From Paraphysomonas bandaiensis (taxonomy: Eukaryota; Protista; Chrysophyceae): a stretch of 64,000 nt of DNA. Under the pieces are notes generated by a model that was not told the DNA's origin, did not search any database, and saw only the letters and a program-made list of their open reading frames with translations. Below, piece by piece: positions 1 through 13,466 of this stretch (position 1 is the stretch's first letter; each line of letters starts with the position of its first letter). The stretch covers positions 62,001-126,000 of the forward strand of contig CBFFRP010000152.1 in NCBI GenBank assembly GCA_965644295.1, in the 5' to 3' direction. The translations under genes were made by a program, and so were the position numbers.

Positions 1-63
1 TCAGTTGATTTAGCATGCCACTAACAATGCCTAGTTAAATTGGCATTAGTCACATAAGGCTTC

Positions 64-1314
64 TTACACATAATAAATACCTTGTGTGGATGAGTCATAT
101 TGAGATGTTATGATGGATTGATAGGCTGGGGCCCAAGAGACACTCAATGCTATTGCAGCAATGGCAGGAATCGCAACTACACGTGCCTCTGATTGACTGC
201 AACCCATTCCAGAGATGGCCAGAAGGAGAAGACCAGTCGAAAAGAGCATTCCGGTATAAAATACAACCGGAACAGCGTGAAATCTGCTAAGGAGCAGTGG
301 CGAAGTGATGGTCAGACCAATTCCAATCGATACCAACGTAATAGCCGTAATAAGGCTAGAATATCCATATACAAAGAGACTAAACTGAATAAAGATAATG
401 AAAATAGTAGACGAACAAATTTGGAGCAGAAAGGTGGCAATCCAGTCCAATGGATGGGATGATAGTTTCATCAACTCAATAGAACCAACATTCAACGGAA
501 AATTGTCGATTAAAAAATGTTTAATTTGGGCAGGAAGATATCGCCCACATATTAGGTGTCGGGCAGTTGAAGGATCCTTGCGAACTCCAATGGTATCGTT
601 AACTGGCATTGCAACAACAACAACAATACATATTGCCCCGAGAAACATAGTAATTACAAAAGGTAGACGAATCCCTATCTTCGTTGCTAATACAGCCCCC
701 AAAGGGGCTCCCACTACAAAAGCAGTTCCTCCAACAGCCCCGGTAAACATCCCTACACGTTTACTGCGACATATTTGGTGAGGATGTAAATCGCATATCC
801 AAGCTAGAGACGTAAAATAGAAACAGTCAAAGGCGCCACCGATGACACCACCAGCATAAAATTCATCAGATGTATAGGCAAAATAGTAAGCAATTCGAGA
901 AAGTATTAGAGAAATTGACGATATTATCAGAACGGGTTTACGGCCAATATAGTCGCTAAAACCAGTAGTATATCTTCCCATAACAAAACTTGCTAGGGAC
1001 CGGAGAAAAGTCGTAGTAGTGTCTACAAAGGCACTCTCACTATTTGGGTGTTCCGCGTCTCCCGAAATTCTCTCATTGATCAACAGTTTTAAAGCCACAG
1101 CATTAATCCCCATCCCAGTGAAATATAACACAGCAGCAAAGGTTACAAGAGTCGAGTCTCGTTCATGAATAGAATGTTTATTCTTCTCAGGAGTATTTAA
1201 GGGAAGAGCTGCTGACATATTAACTGAATCACCCTCATCCACTTGTAGAATCGGATGATGAGTTGGAAGCTCAGTATCTATTTTATATACGGAGCTATCA
1301 CTAATTCGAGCCAT
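64..1314 (-). CDS. MFS transporter (TetA/MFSD14-like), 3' end probably continues beyond window start
   Basis: 416-aa ORF with ~11 hydrophobic helices and MFS motif A-like GFSDYIGRKPVL; probable GT donor at ~80 suggests further exon(s). Confidence 0.85.
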   Translation of the reverse strand: MARISDSSVYKIDTELPTHHPILQVDEGDSVNMSAALPLNTPEKNKHSIHERDSTLVTFAAVLYFTGMGINAVALKLLINERISGDAEHPNSESAFVDTTTTFLRSLASFVMGRYTTGFSDYIGRKPVLIISSISLILSRIAYYFAYTSDEFYAGGVIGGAFDCFYFTSLAWICDLHPHQICRSKRVGMFTGAVGGTAFVVGAPLGAVLATKIGIRLPFVITMFLGAICIVVVVAMPVNDTIGVRKDPSTARHLICGRYLPAQIKHFLIDNFPLNVGSIELMKLSSHPLDWIATFLLQICSSTIFIIFIQFSLFVYGYSSLITAITLVSIGIGLTITSPLLLSRFHAVPVVFYTGMLFSTGLLLLAISGMGCSQSEARVVAIPAIAAIALSVSWAPAYQSIITSQYDSSTQGIYYV

Positions 1315-3023
1315 AACACAAGCGTATATTCCTTAAAACTTAACTGATAATAGTCTGTGTGGTCTTACTGGCTTATGTATATATAAGCCAGCATGCAACT
1401 ATATCACTCCCCATATGCTTTACTTGCTTATAAATAATCTCTAGATATCATATGCTATGATGGGATAATAACTAACTAGTAGAGTGCATTTCCCATCTTG
1501 CTATGCGTGATCGTGTATATCATATGGACATATAGGACAACAGGGTATGATTTTACCCAGGGACTTGTCCCATACATACGTACATACATACATACATACA
1601 TACCTACATACTCAATTTTTCAGTTAACGGGAAGATAGAATGACGAACGGGTTGTAGTTCAATTGACGTATTTCATAAATCAGTGGTTTGGATAGTTGGT
1701 AAATTTGTGGAAATTTGGGTGATTATTGTTAGGATTTGAGGTGATTTTTTCTGGATTTTGGGGTGATATTTATTGGATTTGGGTAGGAATTCCTTTGTAC
1801 GAAGTTTGTTCACCGGACCAGAATTTTGCAGTTTAGAAAATCCAAGATTTATTTCTAGATTTCAGAATTTTATTGTTTATTATAGCTAAAAATAGGTTAA
1901 AGTACTGCTATAGCATCGACCAATGGATTGCTTCATATGTTGTGGTGTAGTGTATCTGTGTATCATATGCAGCACTCATATCTTGATGTGGGCTGGATCG
2001 TTGATTTGCATACTATGTGATGAACCGTATGCATGCAAGTCACCACAGATGGATTATAACGACTCATAAGGAGGAGCATACGACTAGAGTAGTATGTTAA
2101 GAGCACTCCAGTTATGTATGTATGCAGAAAGTCACTATAGCATATAGAGCCTTCCATAGGACTGTATTGTTATATGAAGGAAGGTATGACGGTTACTTCA
2201 AGTCACACGTAGTGGATCCCAGCACGATACTTGCATGACACATTGAACTAAACTGATTTCGAAGATTTAGGATGATTACAACTCTCATAAACTTGTGATG
2301 ACGCTAAATAGCTGAGAGATTGCGAAATAATCATTGCTTAACTACGAAGTAGGCAATGCAATGTACATCATACATGTTCCACTCTAGAGCGAATAATCTA
2401 CTTGTGTTTGTACTTCGCTGGTAGCATCTCTTTGCTAGTTTTTGCTGGATTTCAATTCGTTGTAGTTAGAGCGCAGTAGTACCACTTAATTGTATCTATG
2501 AAAGATTAAATTGAAATTCTACTTACTTGCAATATAGCGAATCAATGGCCAGTGTAGAGATTTCTTTATAGCTTCTTATCAAGGGTGAATCAAGAGTTTC
2601 ATATATACCAGGGTCCAGGGTCATTATTAATGAACGACATATACAGCCATGCATTTATGATTAGGTATATTTCAATATAGCGTCTATTTTCTGCGGGAAA
2701 TATCATCTATTTTAAATCACGCTATCATCTTGCATGAAGCTCACTTCGTCAGACTAGAAATATTGAAAGGATATTACTGCTGTTGTAACTAATATAGCGC
2801 CTAATCAGCGACACTATACGCTACTATTGTGATTCACTGCAATTGCCACCTTTGTTTTCAGGCGATTTGACTTCTCAAAACGAGATCATACGCAGAAATA
2901 AGGAATGCAACATCTATTTTTCTAAGATACCCATTGCCTACTAGGGGACATAGGTCCATAAAAATACGAAATCAGCTTAAGTGTCACATAAATAAATTAA
3001 ATACTTCAAAATCTCCATGGCAA

Positions 3024-4155
3024 CTAATTTTCATCGTGCATTCGGCGCTCCTTGATCTGCCTAACTAATATATCAACCATGGCCTCCGTGCGAAAGTCGT
3101 CTAGAGTATTGGCATTTAGTATTGCGTTTCGAATAACGATACTCTCATGTGGACTGGCAGCTTTAATCCATACAGCTCCATTTACACCAACGGCCACCTC
3201 ATAGGGGAGGTGTCTACAGAAGAAATGTTGGTACAGCAAAACAAAGCTTATACATGCAGTGACAGATAGAAAATTATATATGATATATATATAATACTTA
3301 AAACATACGCACAACCTTCCTAAGACATTTAGGACGACGCAGTCTGGCTTGAGTAGTCTCTTTGCATACCCAGTAGATACTCGAACCATAATCCCACCAG
3401 TCAGCTCACCATATATCTACTCGACAAAGGAATACAGTAAGCGAACAATGAACAGAGCAACTCTTACAAAATTATAAAAAGAGTAGTTTAGTGTTACATA
3501 CCGCCTCCCCTGAGCTCCATCCTTTCTTACTTCCAGAGGCTGATATACAAGTCAGTTCGGTGTCTAGATCTTTGTGGGCCAGTGACACGCGACAGTACAC
3601 TACATCCCCCACTTTAAACTCTGGTCTGTTGCGCTTTGTCGCTCCCTCAAAGCTCATACGTCCCAAGATTGCAGCTGAATCACTGAAAATATTAACGCGG
3701 TAAAAGTCTGCTGTCCGATCTTCAATAATCCCGACAACTTGGTCACCAGTGCGTGCAATATACTACCACAACAATAACGACACATCCCAATAAATAAATA
3801 ATTAATTACGAACTTACTCTTCTATTATCATTATCCACCTATAACAGAATAAGATACAGATTTTTAACATCATTTAATATATAACATACCCAATAAGTTG
3901 ATGGTTCTCTATACTTTAATACACCAGCACCTTCACATAATACTTGTACATCCTCTGTACCACATTGAACTAATCCACTACCTATAGAAAAACAATCATT
4001 ATAACACATATATATGCATTGTTTATACCTATATTGACTTGTTTCTTTAGTTTGGTGATGGTGTGTTGTACATTATCTCCAGGTAACACTATGTGTGGTT
4101 GATATGAGATATCCACAGACTTTTCAATGGTATTTAAGAACTTATCAACATCCAT
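3024..4155 (-). CDS. RRP40: Exosome complex component RRP40/EXOSC3 (multi-exon)
   Basis: Exon peptides VLPGD..., SFEGATKRNRPEFKVGDVVYCRV...DTELTC and YEVAVGVNGAVWIKA match the S1/KH cap subunit Rrp40; ATG at 4155, stop at 3024. Confidence 0.9.
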
Positions 4156-4534
4156 TGTGATGATGGGTGATGGAGAGTGTATGAGGAGATGATAGGTGGT
4201 GATAGAGGGTGATTGAAGGATAGTTCTATATATATATGCATCTACTTAGATGGACTGCATATATACACCTACACATATGCATATGTATGTATGTACATGT
4301 ATATGTCTATGTCTGTGTATGCGTACAGCTGTGTGGATATGTATATACAGCAGTCTATATACGACGTAGTATATATGTATACAGCAGAAGTAGAATACGT
4401 TAAATACCGCGGTATTAGATGATAGGCCCACACTCTCCACCAGTTGTAGAATACGTTGAATACTCTGACTACCACTGTATATAGCATTAACTTAATACGT
4501 GCTGAATAATACATTAAATACCGCTGTATTCAGT

Positions 4535-6657
4535 AGATCCATTGCATGAGATATGAGTGCATTGCATGAGATATGAGTGCATTGCATGAGATATGAGTGC
4601 ATTGCTTGAGATATGAGTGCATTGCTTGAGATATGAGTCCACACAGATCCATTGCATGAGATATGAGTGCATTGCATGAGATATGAGTGCATTGCTTGAG
4701 ATATGAGTGCATTGCTTGAGATATGAGTCCACACAGATCCATTGCATGAGATATGAGTGCATTGCATGAGATATGAGTGCATTGCTTGAGATATGAGTGC
4801 ATTGCTTGAGATATGAGTCCACACAGATCCATTGCATGAGATATGAGTGCATTGCTTGAGACATGAGTCCACACAGATCCATTGCATGAGATATGAGTGC
4901 ATTGCTTGAGACATGAGTCCACACAGATCCATTGCATGAGATATGAGTGCATTGCTTGAGACATGAGTCCACACAGATCCATTGCATGAGATATGAGTGC
5001 ATTGCTTGAGACATGAGTCCACACAGATCCATTGCATGAGATATGAGTGCATTGCTTGAGACATGAGTCCACACAGATCCATTGCATGAGATATGAGTGC
5101 ATTGCTTGAGACATGAGTCCACACAGATCCATTGCATGAGATATGAGTGCATTGCTTGAGATATGAGTCCACACAGATCCATTGCATGAGATATGAGTGC
5201 ATTGCTTGAGACATGAGTCCACACAGATCCATTGCATGAGATATGAGTGCATTGCTTGAGACATGAGTCCACACAGATCCATTGCATGAGATATGAGTGC
5301 ATTGCTTGAGACATGAGTCCACACAGATCCATTGCATGAGATATGAGTGCATTGCATGCGACATGAGTCCACACAGATCCATTGCATGAGATATGAGTGC
5401 ATTGCTTGAGATATGAGTCCACACAGATCCATTGCATGAGATATGAGTGCATTGCTTGAGATATGAGTCCACACAGATCCATTGCATGAGATATGAGTGC
5501 ATTGCTTGAGATATGAGTCCACACAGATCCATTGCATGAGATATGAGTGCATTGCTTGAGATATGAGTCCACACAGATCCATTGCATGAGATATGAGTGC
5601 ATTGCTTGAGACATGAGTCCACACAGATCCATTGCATGAGATATGAGTGCATTGCTTGAGACATGAGTCCACACAGATCCATTGCATGAGATATGAGTGC
5701 ATTGCTTGAGACATGAGTCCACACAGATCCATTGCATGAGATATGAGTGCATTGCATGCGACATGAGTCCACACAGATCCATTGCATGAGATATGAGTGC
5801 ATTGCTTGAGATATGAGTCCACACAGATCCATTGCATGAGATATGAGTGCATTGCTTGAGACATGAGTCCACACAGATCCATTGCATGAGATATGAGTGC
5901 ATTGCTTGAGATATGAGTCCACACAGATCCATTGCATGAGATATGAGTGCATTGCTTGAGATATGAGTCCACACAGATCCATTGCATGAGATATGAGTGC
6001 ATTGCTTGAGACATGAGTCCACACAGATCCATTGCATGAGATATGAGTGCATTGCTTGAGACATGAGTCCACACAGATCCATTGCATGAGATATGAGTGC
6101 ATTGCTTGAGATATGAGTCCACACAGATCCATTGCATGAGATATGAGTGCATTGCTTGAGATATGAGTCCACACAGATCCATTGCATGAGATATGAGTGC
6201 ATTGCATGAGATATGAGTGCATTGCTTGAGATATGAGTGCATTGCTTGAGATATGAGTCCACACAGATCCATTGCATGAGATATGAGTGCATTGCTTGAG
6301 ATATGAGTCCACACAGATCCATTGCATGAGATATGAGTGCATTGCTTGAGACATGAGTCCACACAGATCCATTGCATGAGATATGAGTGCATTGCTTGAG
6401 ACATGAGTCCACACAGATCCATTGCATGAGATATGAGTGCATTGCTTGAGATATGAGTCCACACAGATCCATTGCATGAGATATGAGTGCATTGCTTGAG
6501 ATATGAGTCCACACAGATCCATTGCATGAGATATGAGTGCATTGCTTGAGATATGAGTCCACACAGATCCATTGCATGAGATATGAGTGCATTGCTTGAG
6601 ATATGAGTCCACACAGATCCATTGCATGAGATATGACTTCACACAGATCCATCGCAT
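4535..6657. repeat. Minisatellite, ~50-bp unit built of 10-bp modules (ATTGCATGAG ATATGAGTGC ATTGCTTGAG AYATGAGTCC ACACAGATCC), ~2.1 kb
   Basis: Directly visible tandem array, with 90-bp variant units near the left end and at ~6181-6270. Confidence 0.98.
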
Positions 6658-7184
6658 ATGATCTTTACAATCTTCTCTATCTTGAGTTCGTGACTATCAA
6701 ATATTCGGAGCTTTAGACTTATTTAGTAGTGTTAAATCATTATCTATATTAACTATGTCGTAAACTTGACTTTAAGTATGTACTTAATTTTATTAAGTTC
6801 AATAGGCACAACACAGTATATTTGTATAATAGTAGACAACAGTAATGCATATTCGAAGCGTATGCATTCGCATTGATATTTGTATAATAGTCTTTCGGAG
6901 TACAAAAATATGATAAGCATAAGATTTTCTCTAGAATAACACGACACTAGTAGGGCGAGTAAAAATATCGTTGGAATTATAAACACCTACACATATTGCA
7001 ATAGACAAGCATTATTTGTTACTCTAAAACACAATTAAAAAGTTGACTCAATTAAAACAGTACAAGAGCAGTTAAAATTAGTAAAGTTATCTATACTACT
7101 CATTAAAGAAAATCATTTCCTAGCAAGCAATAACGGGTGGTTTATAGAGGCATGATACAAGGTTGAGGTAACAAGCTACTTATA

Positions 7185-8166
7185 TTGAAGGTCTTTTTAT
7201 TTAGCAATAGGCGTTAAAAACTCGTTTCGATATAGTGGCTAGTTGAATGCTAGATCTACCCATAACTAATCAGCACAAATTCTATTATCCTACTATTTAG
7301 CGCTACAGAAGCTGCTTGTGCATCGCCGCAAGCACCAAGGTGCAACCACTTCCGTTCTTAATGTGGTTTGTGAGTTCGCTCTGCTCCCCCGTGTCTGAGG
7401 ACTCACTGGCGCGTGTTGTCCGGGGGTCTCCCCTTGGGATAAGGTTCCGCCTGGCTCTGAGGTACAGGGTTCTGTATTAAGGTCCTGAGTGTACCGAGCA
7501 CTAGATGTGTGTACTGAGAGGTTGATGGTGTGGTGTAATGTGGCGTTGTCGCCATGCACCGTCTGGGCGTTGGGCATAGGTGGAGTTGCCGGAGACGTCG
7601 TCGCCGTTGTCTAGGACCTGATGGTTTCATACGGTCCGGTGCTATGGTCCTTTGTGTATGGTTGGTAGGGTGCATATGTGCGGTGGGCGGTGTTCCAGTC
7701 TCGGTTCGTCTGTGGATTCCTAGTAATCTTAGCACCCTTGGGCGTTTCCGTTTCTGTCTGTGTTTTGGACGCGGCCGCGGTAGTAGCCTTGGGGGTCCAT
7801 TCTGTAGGGTAACGTATCTTCTACTTCGATCTTGGATCATTAGCTTTGCTGCAGCGAAAAACGGTAGAAGTAATTTCATGATCGCTGATTCGATGCTGCG
7901 CAGTCCTTGGGATGTCAGTGACTCATGGATGTGATCTCCAAAAACCATTTCAAGCTGTGTAGTTGTGATGGTACCCGTCCAGAATCTCTCCACCTGTGGC
8001 ACGGAAGGGTTCCAGGCCCTGCTGGAGAGTCGATGGAGTACAGTGGTGGTCCATTGGGGTAGTTCCGGATTTCTCATTTCTTCTAGAAGCGCGTTTTTGT
8101 GGCTGTGAAATGCAGACTCCCTTATCTGCGCTATGTTGTCATTTGTACAGTCTAGACACATATGCC
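7185..8166 (-). mobile_element. 5'-truncated non-LTR retrotransposon (LINE-like) with 16-bp TSD
   Basis: TAACAAGCTACTTATA at 7169-7184 and 8167-8182; ORF 7403-8161 starts in an H-x4-C remnant (HMCLDC, the end of a CCHC finger) and ends PKGRPPD; 3' end shared with copies at 8552, 8826, 25228 and 58043. Confidence 0.8.
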
Positions 8167-8221
8167 TAACAAGCTACTTATACAAGCCTACTTTTCGTAC
8201 AGTCACATATCTTGCACTGGT

Positions 8222-8520
8222 AAATGTCTTACTATTAGCAATATACGTTTAAGAGTCAGAGCTATTTAACTAACTATGTTAGTTCTGACATCCTACTGTA
8301 TTTAATGCTATGAGAACTATATGTGGGTCGCTGCAAGCCCTAAAGGTGCAACCACTTTCACTGTTTCAGTCAACAGAGCAAAAACAGCGAGCAAGCAGAA
8401 CGATGATAATATACCTCATATCTGCTGACTCCAGGATTTTGAGTTCTAAAGGTAAACAGCCCGGATGCTTAACAGCAGCCAGCCCAATACCCCGGTTCCC
8501 CTTCAGATGGGCCCTGATAT
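8222..8520 (-). mobile_element. Diverged 3'-UTR relic of a related LINE-like subfamily
   Basis: Shares the terminus (TGTC...TATTAGCAATA), the CCTAC...GCAAGC...GTGCAACCACT block and GCCCGGATGCTT with 24183-24440. Confidence 0.55.
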
Positions 8521-8551
8521 TATAATATAATATGCGGCTCACGTTAGTTTC

Positions 8552-8612
8552 ATTATTGAATGTCTTTTTATTTAGCAATAGGCGTTAAAAACTCGTTCCG
8601 ATATAGCGGCTA
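8552..8612 (-). mobile_element. 61-bp extreme 5'-truncated LINE-like insertion, 12-bp TSD
   Basis: CACGTTAGTTTC at 8540-8551 and 8613-8624 flanks a near-identical copy of the 3' terminus at 7185-7241. Confidence 0.85.
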
Positions 8613-8825
8613 CACGTTAGTTTCCCGAGGAGATCTCTCTTGTACTTATCTCCCAGAACACCGCAACAAAGTATGAGTCCAGCTTTTACAAAACACGAGG
8701 AGAGTGAAAGAGAGCATCTTTTCAGCCTCCAAACTTTCCTCATACATTTTTCTTATTGATAATTTACTTTGAAAAGATATACTCTGAACTGTGACACTAT
8801 GGCTCAAGGGATTTACTGAATTATA

Positions 8826-8880
8826 CACTATATCGGAACGAGTTTTTAACGCCTATTGCTAAATAAAAAGACATTCAATA
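8826..8880 (+). mobile_element. 55-bp extreme 5'-truncated LINE-like insertion, 12-bp TSD, opposite orientation
   Basis: TACTGAATTATA at 8814-8825 and 8881-8892 flanks CACTATATCGGAACGAG...AAATAAAAAGACATTCAATA. Confidence 0.85.
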
Positions 8881-9600
8881 TACTGAATTATAGATAATTT
8901 ATGCGATATAATATATATTATGTAGAATACATTAGAAATTAAAGTCCAAGTGAAATGTGTTATATAATGTGGTGTGAACATATTGCTGCAAGTATAATTA
9001 TAGAATAGAATTCCTCATTTGGTAAGTGGCCTGATGTTAATACATTGAAATTATGAGGTTGTCATAATGTTTATGAAACTGCAACGCAACTAAAATAGAA
9101 GCATTTTATCTCAATGATGCGTATGTTATGAAGTATATGGCGATGAAAAGAGAGAATTGTATGATTGTACGAATCTTAATGATTATTAAAGTAAATTATG
9201 AAGGAGAAGGATTTTCCCAAGGAGGTTTAGAGGGTGAAAAGCGGCTCACTCTCTCTCACTCGAAATAACTATGCACTATATCTACAGAGCTACATGAATT
9301 AGCGATACGTAATAAACAACCAATTCAAGCGCATAGTTAGCAACAACAGTTATTATTTATTTTTTCAGTCTAGATTTACGAAATATCAAAATTTCGGATA
9401 CATCCGATCTTTAAATTCATCAACGTCGAGCTAATGCTCCTATGAAACTAGCAATGAATACAAATCATAGCTACCATTACTTTTAATATACGGACACATA
9501 ATGTACACGTATGTGCCTGATACACTTTTTCCCTTTAGTATAGAAACACCCTTGTAGTTCACCGAGGCACACTTTTCAGGCAACAAATATCGATACTATC

Positions 9601-12600
9601 CTATTTCTGATTTTCACGCAATCCCCAAGGTTTGAAAGCACTCTCTTGCGGCTTCGTCACATCACAAAATGACTTTGCGGCTGGTATATGAGCTGATCCC
9701 ATTAGATGGCGTGATGGTAACTGCAAATACTCTCTTGGAGACCCCGTACCCTCAGTGATATCTAGCGATCGCCTCACATTCACTGCTGGAAGAGGGGTTG
9801 ATTGTGGGCGGGCCTGCTCTTGATCAGGCGACTCATTCTTACTAGCAGCCGCAGGTTCATCCGATTGCAGCTTATACGATAATCGTTTCGGAGCAAGATT
9901 TCGAGAAGTACACGACCCAGACATGTACTTACGAGTGCTTGCCATTCGGGCACTCTTTGGTCTATGCGCCTCGCGGATCGAATTTTGAACAATTTTGACT
10001 TCCTTCATGTTACGGCAAGTCGAAATGGCGAGCATGGGATCCACATTAGAATCTAAGAGCTGTGGTATATCATCTAGACTCTCGATGACGATGTCCTTTT
10101 TGACCTGTTTAATACGGGGAGGAGGATGCCACTTAGCATCCTGAAGCTCACGCTCAAACTGAATTTTTTTCTTCCATTTGTTTATGTTTTTGCTCTCCGT
10201 CCGCAAATTATCCATACGCTTTATTCGCCATAAATTCTTTTCCCTGAACGCCAGAAGGAGTTTATCCAAAGTACTTTGGTCAATTAAATGGTAGTTCGAT
10301 TCATGCAGACAAAGAAGGGTAACATGCGACCCCGCAACAGCATAGCAGGTCTCCGCAAAACTCTCGGAACGGTCCACAGGTCCAGAGCCTGTTTGTTGCT
10401 GTGCCACGTGAGTGAGTATGCCAGACTCATTAAAGCACTCCTTCTGTTTGATAGTGGTTATCACATGCTGGACCTGCTGCGGGCCGAGTCCAACTACAAC
10501 ATCAATCTTTCCGTCCATCAGAATACATAGTTTCTTAGATATATCACCCTTCTTCATGATAACGGACCCCTTGGCGACATCTTCCCTCACCATGACACTA
10601 GCTATGCGATATAATTCAATACCATCCCAGTGTCGCAATAGAGCACATTTCGAAAGAAACTGAAACCTGTCATCTACCGATTCCTTCTGACTATGTTCTA
10701 TGGTAGCGGTGGTGTAGTCTTGGTACTCAACAACCGCCAAGTCACAATTTGTCACTGCTTGTACTGTTGTTAGTCGAGCACGAATTCCATCGAGTGCAGC
10801 CTCAGCAAATATATCACCCGGAAAAAGATCTTCTTCATATTTCAGGATAGTTTTACCGCTTCCTGGATACAAGAAGTTGAAAGCGGAAAATACATATTCG
10901 TGGTCATTAGGTATATACCATATATATCCAGACACGCGAATATACACTACCATATCGAATAAATACCGACCTTCCGATGTATGAGACGAGAAAACACGAA
11001 CACAACCCCGCAAGATGACATAAGCAGATGTGCCGTTCGTCCCAGCTTCTACAATCTACAAACGTAGTGAAAATGGAATCAGCAGTGTGCAAGAGATGAA
11101 ACACTAGGGAAAACCTTGGACAACGGCTTCACCCGAATAATGCGTATCTGCCTGCAGAGAAGACGATATTGATACAATGGCCAACCCTTGCATATTTTCT
11201 CTCTGCATAATATATAATCATGATGTCAGATGCGATGGACACAGAATACAATAATATACCGGAGACGGTTCTTTTGAACCAGGACACCATACATGAACTG
11301 GTTTTCCGCTGCAGATCGGTCATTCGGGTCAGAGCGGCCAATTGAGTGTACTTGGTTCATAATCGCGGCTACAGCGCTATCTCTACTACTATTCATAACG
11401 AAGATTGCCTTGGCAACATCACCGTATTGTTCAATAGCGTCTGGCTTCAGTGTCACTTCTCGATAAAAACGAGAATAGAGCGAAAGCCACAGAGATTCTG
11501 TCATAGATCTGGCCAGGCGTCGAAATAGTGCGGACACCAACACAAAGCTTTTCTGGTTATTATCATCGAAGCCCGTGATTCGGCGTTTTACAATTTGACT
11601 TCTCCCGCGAGAATCTTTCTTAACTTTGCGCAGAGCAAGTGTTCGCACGGCGGAGTTCTCAATGAGACTATTTCGAACATTGGAAAGAAGCTGTGTAAAG
11701 TCGCGTCGACTAAGGGTCATACAACTAACTGTTGATACAGATATAACGTTTGCAGTTCTCTTGTTGGAGGGCTCTATCAATGCGACTTCACCTGGTATAT
11801 GGTAATAAATATTACATTATGAGTGGGGGCATTGTTACGCATAATCAGTTTAAGCATTTCACACATACCGAAAAAATCACCAGGACCAAGCTTGGTTACA
11901 TCCTTCTCGCCCTCATTACCAGTATTTACAGTAACTTTACAGTGTCCCTCTGCTATAATGTAAAAAGTGTTCCCATTGGACCCTTGGCGACAGATGTATG
12001 TATTAGGCAAAAAGTTCATTGGACGCATCGACTCGACAATACTCTTTTTTTTCGATGACGAAAGACTGGCAAAGAGGGGGACTTTATTCACCACCCCACG
12101 GCCAATTTCTTTCTTGTCGCTAAAGAGGTGCGCACTACACTGTTGCATCACGAAGTCAAACTTTGCTTTTGTCATTACCAGAATCCTCGCAACTGGGCTG
12201 ATCACTGTAACTGTAGCAGTTCTTGGCTCTTGCGTTAACAAAGCAATTTCACCTATGTATGCATTGGCCCCAAGTTGTGCGAGTTCCTTGGGTGCTTCCG
12301 TGGGATCACTCGGGTTTGCTTTACGCTAGTATATAGGATTAGACGGTGTAAGAGAAGAGTTGGTGAAGTGAGCTTACCGATACACTGACGAGACCCTCCT
12401 GAATAACATAAAACTGTACAAAAGGTAACCACACAAAACACGCAAAGCTTTTTTACCATACCGAATCGCCGACATCATCTTGTCTTATAATGACACTACC
12501 ATAAGGCAAAACTAACTCCTCCATATTCTGTGCAGCTGATAGTAAGTACTGCTCTGTCATTTTAGCTACCAAAACAGTTATTTCATTACCATAATATCAT

Positions 12601-12842
12601 ACATACATACATACCAAATGTTGCAACATTACGTAAAACAGATACACGATATTTTTCTGATATTTCAACTTTCTTTTTATATGATCCTTTCAGTATATTC
12701 AGTGGAGATGTATTGAGTGTTTCTTGTCGATATGATTCAGCTAAATGTTTTTGTTTTTTAATAGATTCCCTATGAATAAAATAAGATAAATTTAAGTGTT
12801 TTAATGATATAATTCATACAATTTAGAAGCTATTTTATCCAT
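9601..12842 (-). CDS. Multi-exon protein with several cyclic-nucleotide-binding (cNMP/CAP_ED) domains
   Basis: Motifs GEIALLTQEPRTATV, YICRQGSNGNTFYIIAEG...LGPGDFFGE, KRTANV, LFPGDIFAE, IMKKGDISKKLCILMDG...ECFNE; start codon at 12842 is tentative. Confidence 0.8.
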
Positions 12843-13466
12843 AGTTAGACTTGTATGATGGCTATAGATGGATATACATATAAAGAAAGGGTTTAACACC
12901 GTTTAAATGGTGTATAAATGAGTTGAATAGAGTCTTCTTATCAAATGATGAAAGAAATCAAGTTACAAGACTTTAAAATGATGATGATTAAGGGTTATAT
13001 ATGTATATATCTCTTCTATACACTTAAGAACTTGACTCCCACTGGACTCTACATACACACATACATATGTATGTATATACAGACATATACAGTAATTTTC
13101 TATATATATTCCTCATAGTCGAGAGAGTCCATGGTCTATTTTTCTGTCTAAACTCCAAGGGCAGGGTAGAAATTATAAGGCTTTTTAGAAGAAAACTAGA
13201 GTATTTCGAACGTTTTACCTTAAAAATACTTTCATGAAAACTAAAAATATGGACTTTTAAGATAAAACGGTACAGTAGCTTTTCACTTTGAGTGTATTTT
13301 CAGTGCACATACAGAGAAGTGTACTTTTGTGATATCTTTTCAGTTTTTCTTGTCCTTTTAAGATTTCGTTAGTTGATGGTTTCTCTGTGTGTGTACATAA
13401 CAATGAGATAGAACACACTTAATAGAAGTAAAGTTATTAGCTGAGCCCAAAGGCGAGGAAGTAATA

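Noticed and set aside
1700-1790. Interstitial telomeric repeat
   Set aside because: G/T-rich but irregular, with no consistent TTAGGG/TTTAGGG unit
4492-6657. Three overlapping ~700-aa minus-strand ORFs
   Set aside because: Artefact of a stop-free 50-bp tandem unit cycling through frames; no synonymous-site pattern or unique domain
4535-6657. CRISPR-like array
   Set aside because: No unique spacers, eukaryotic context, no cas genes
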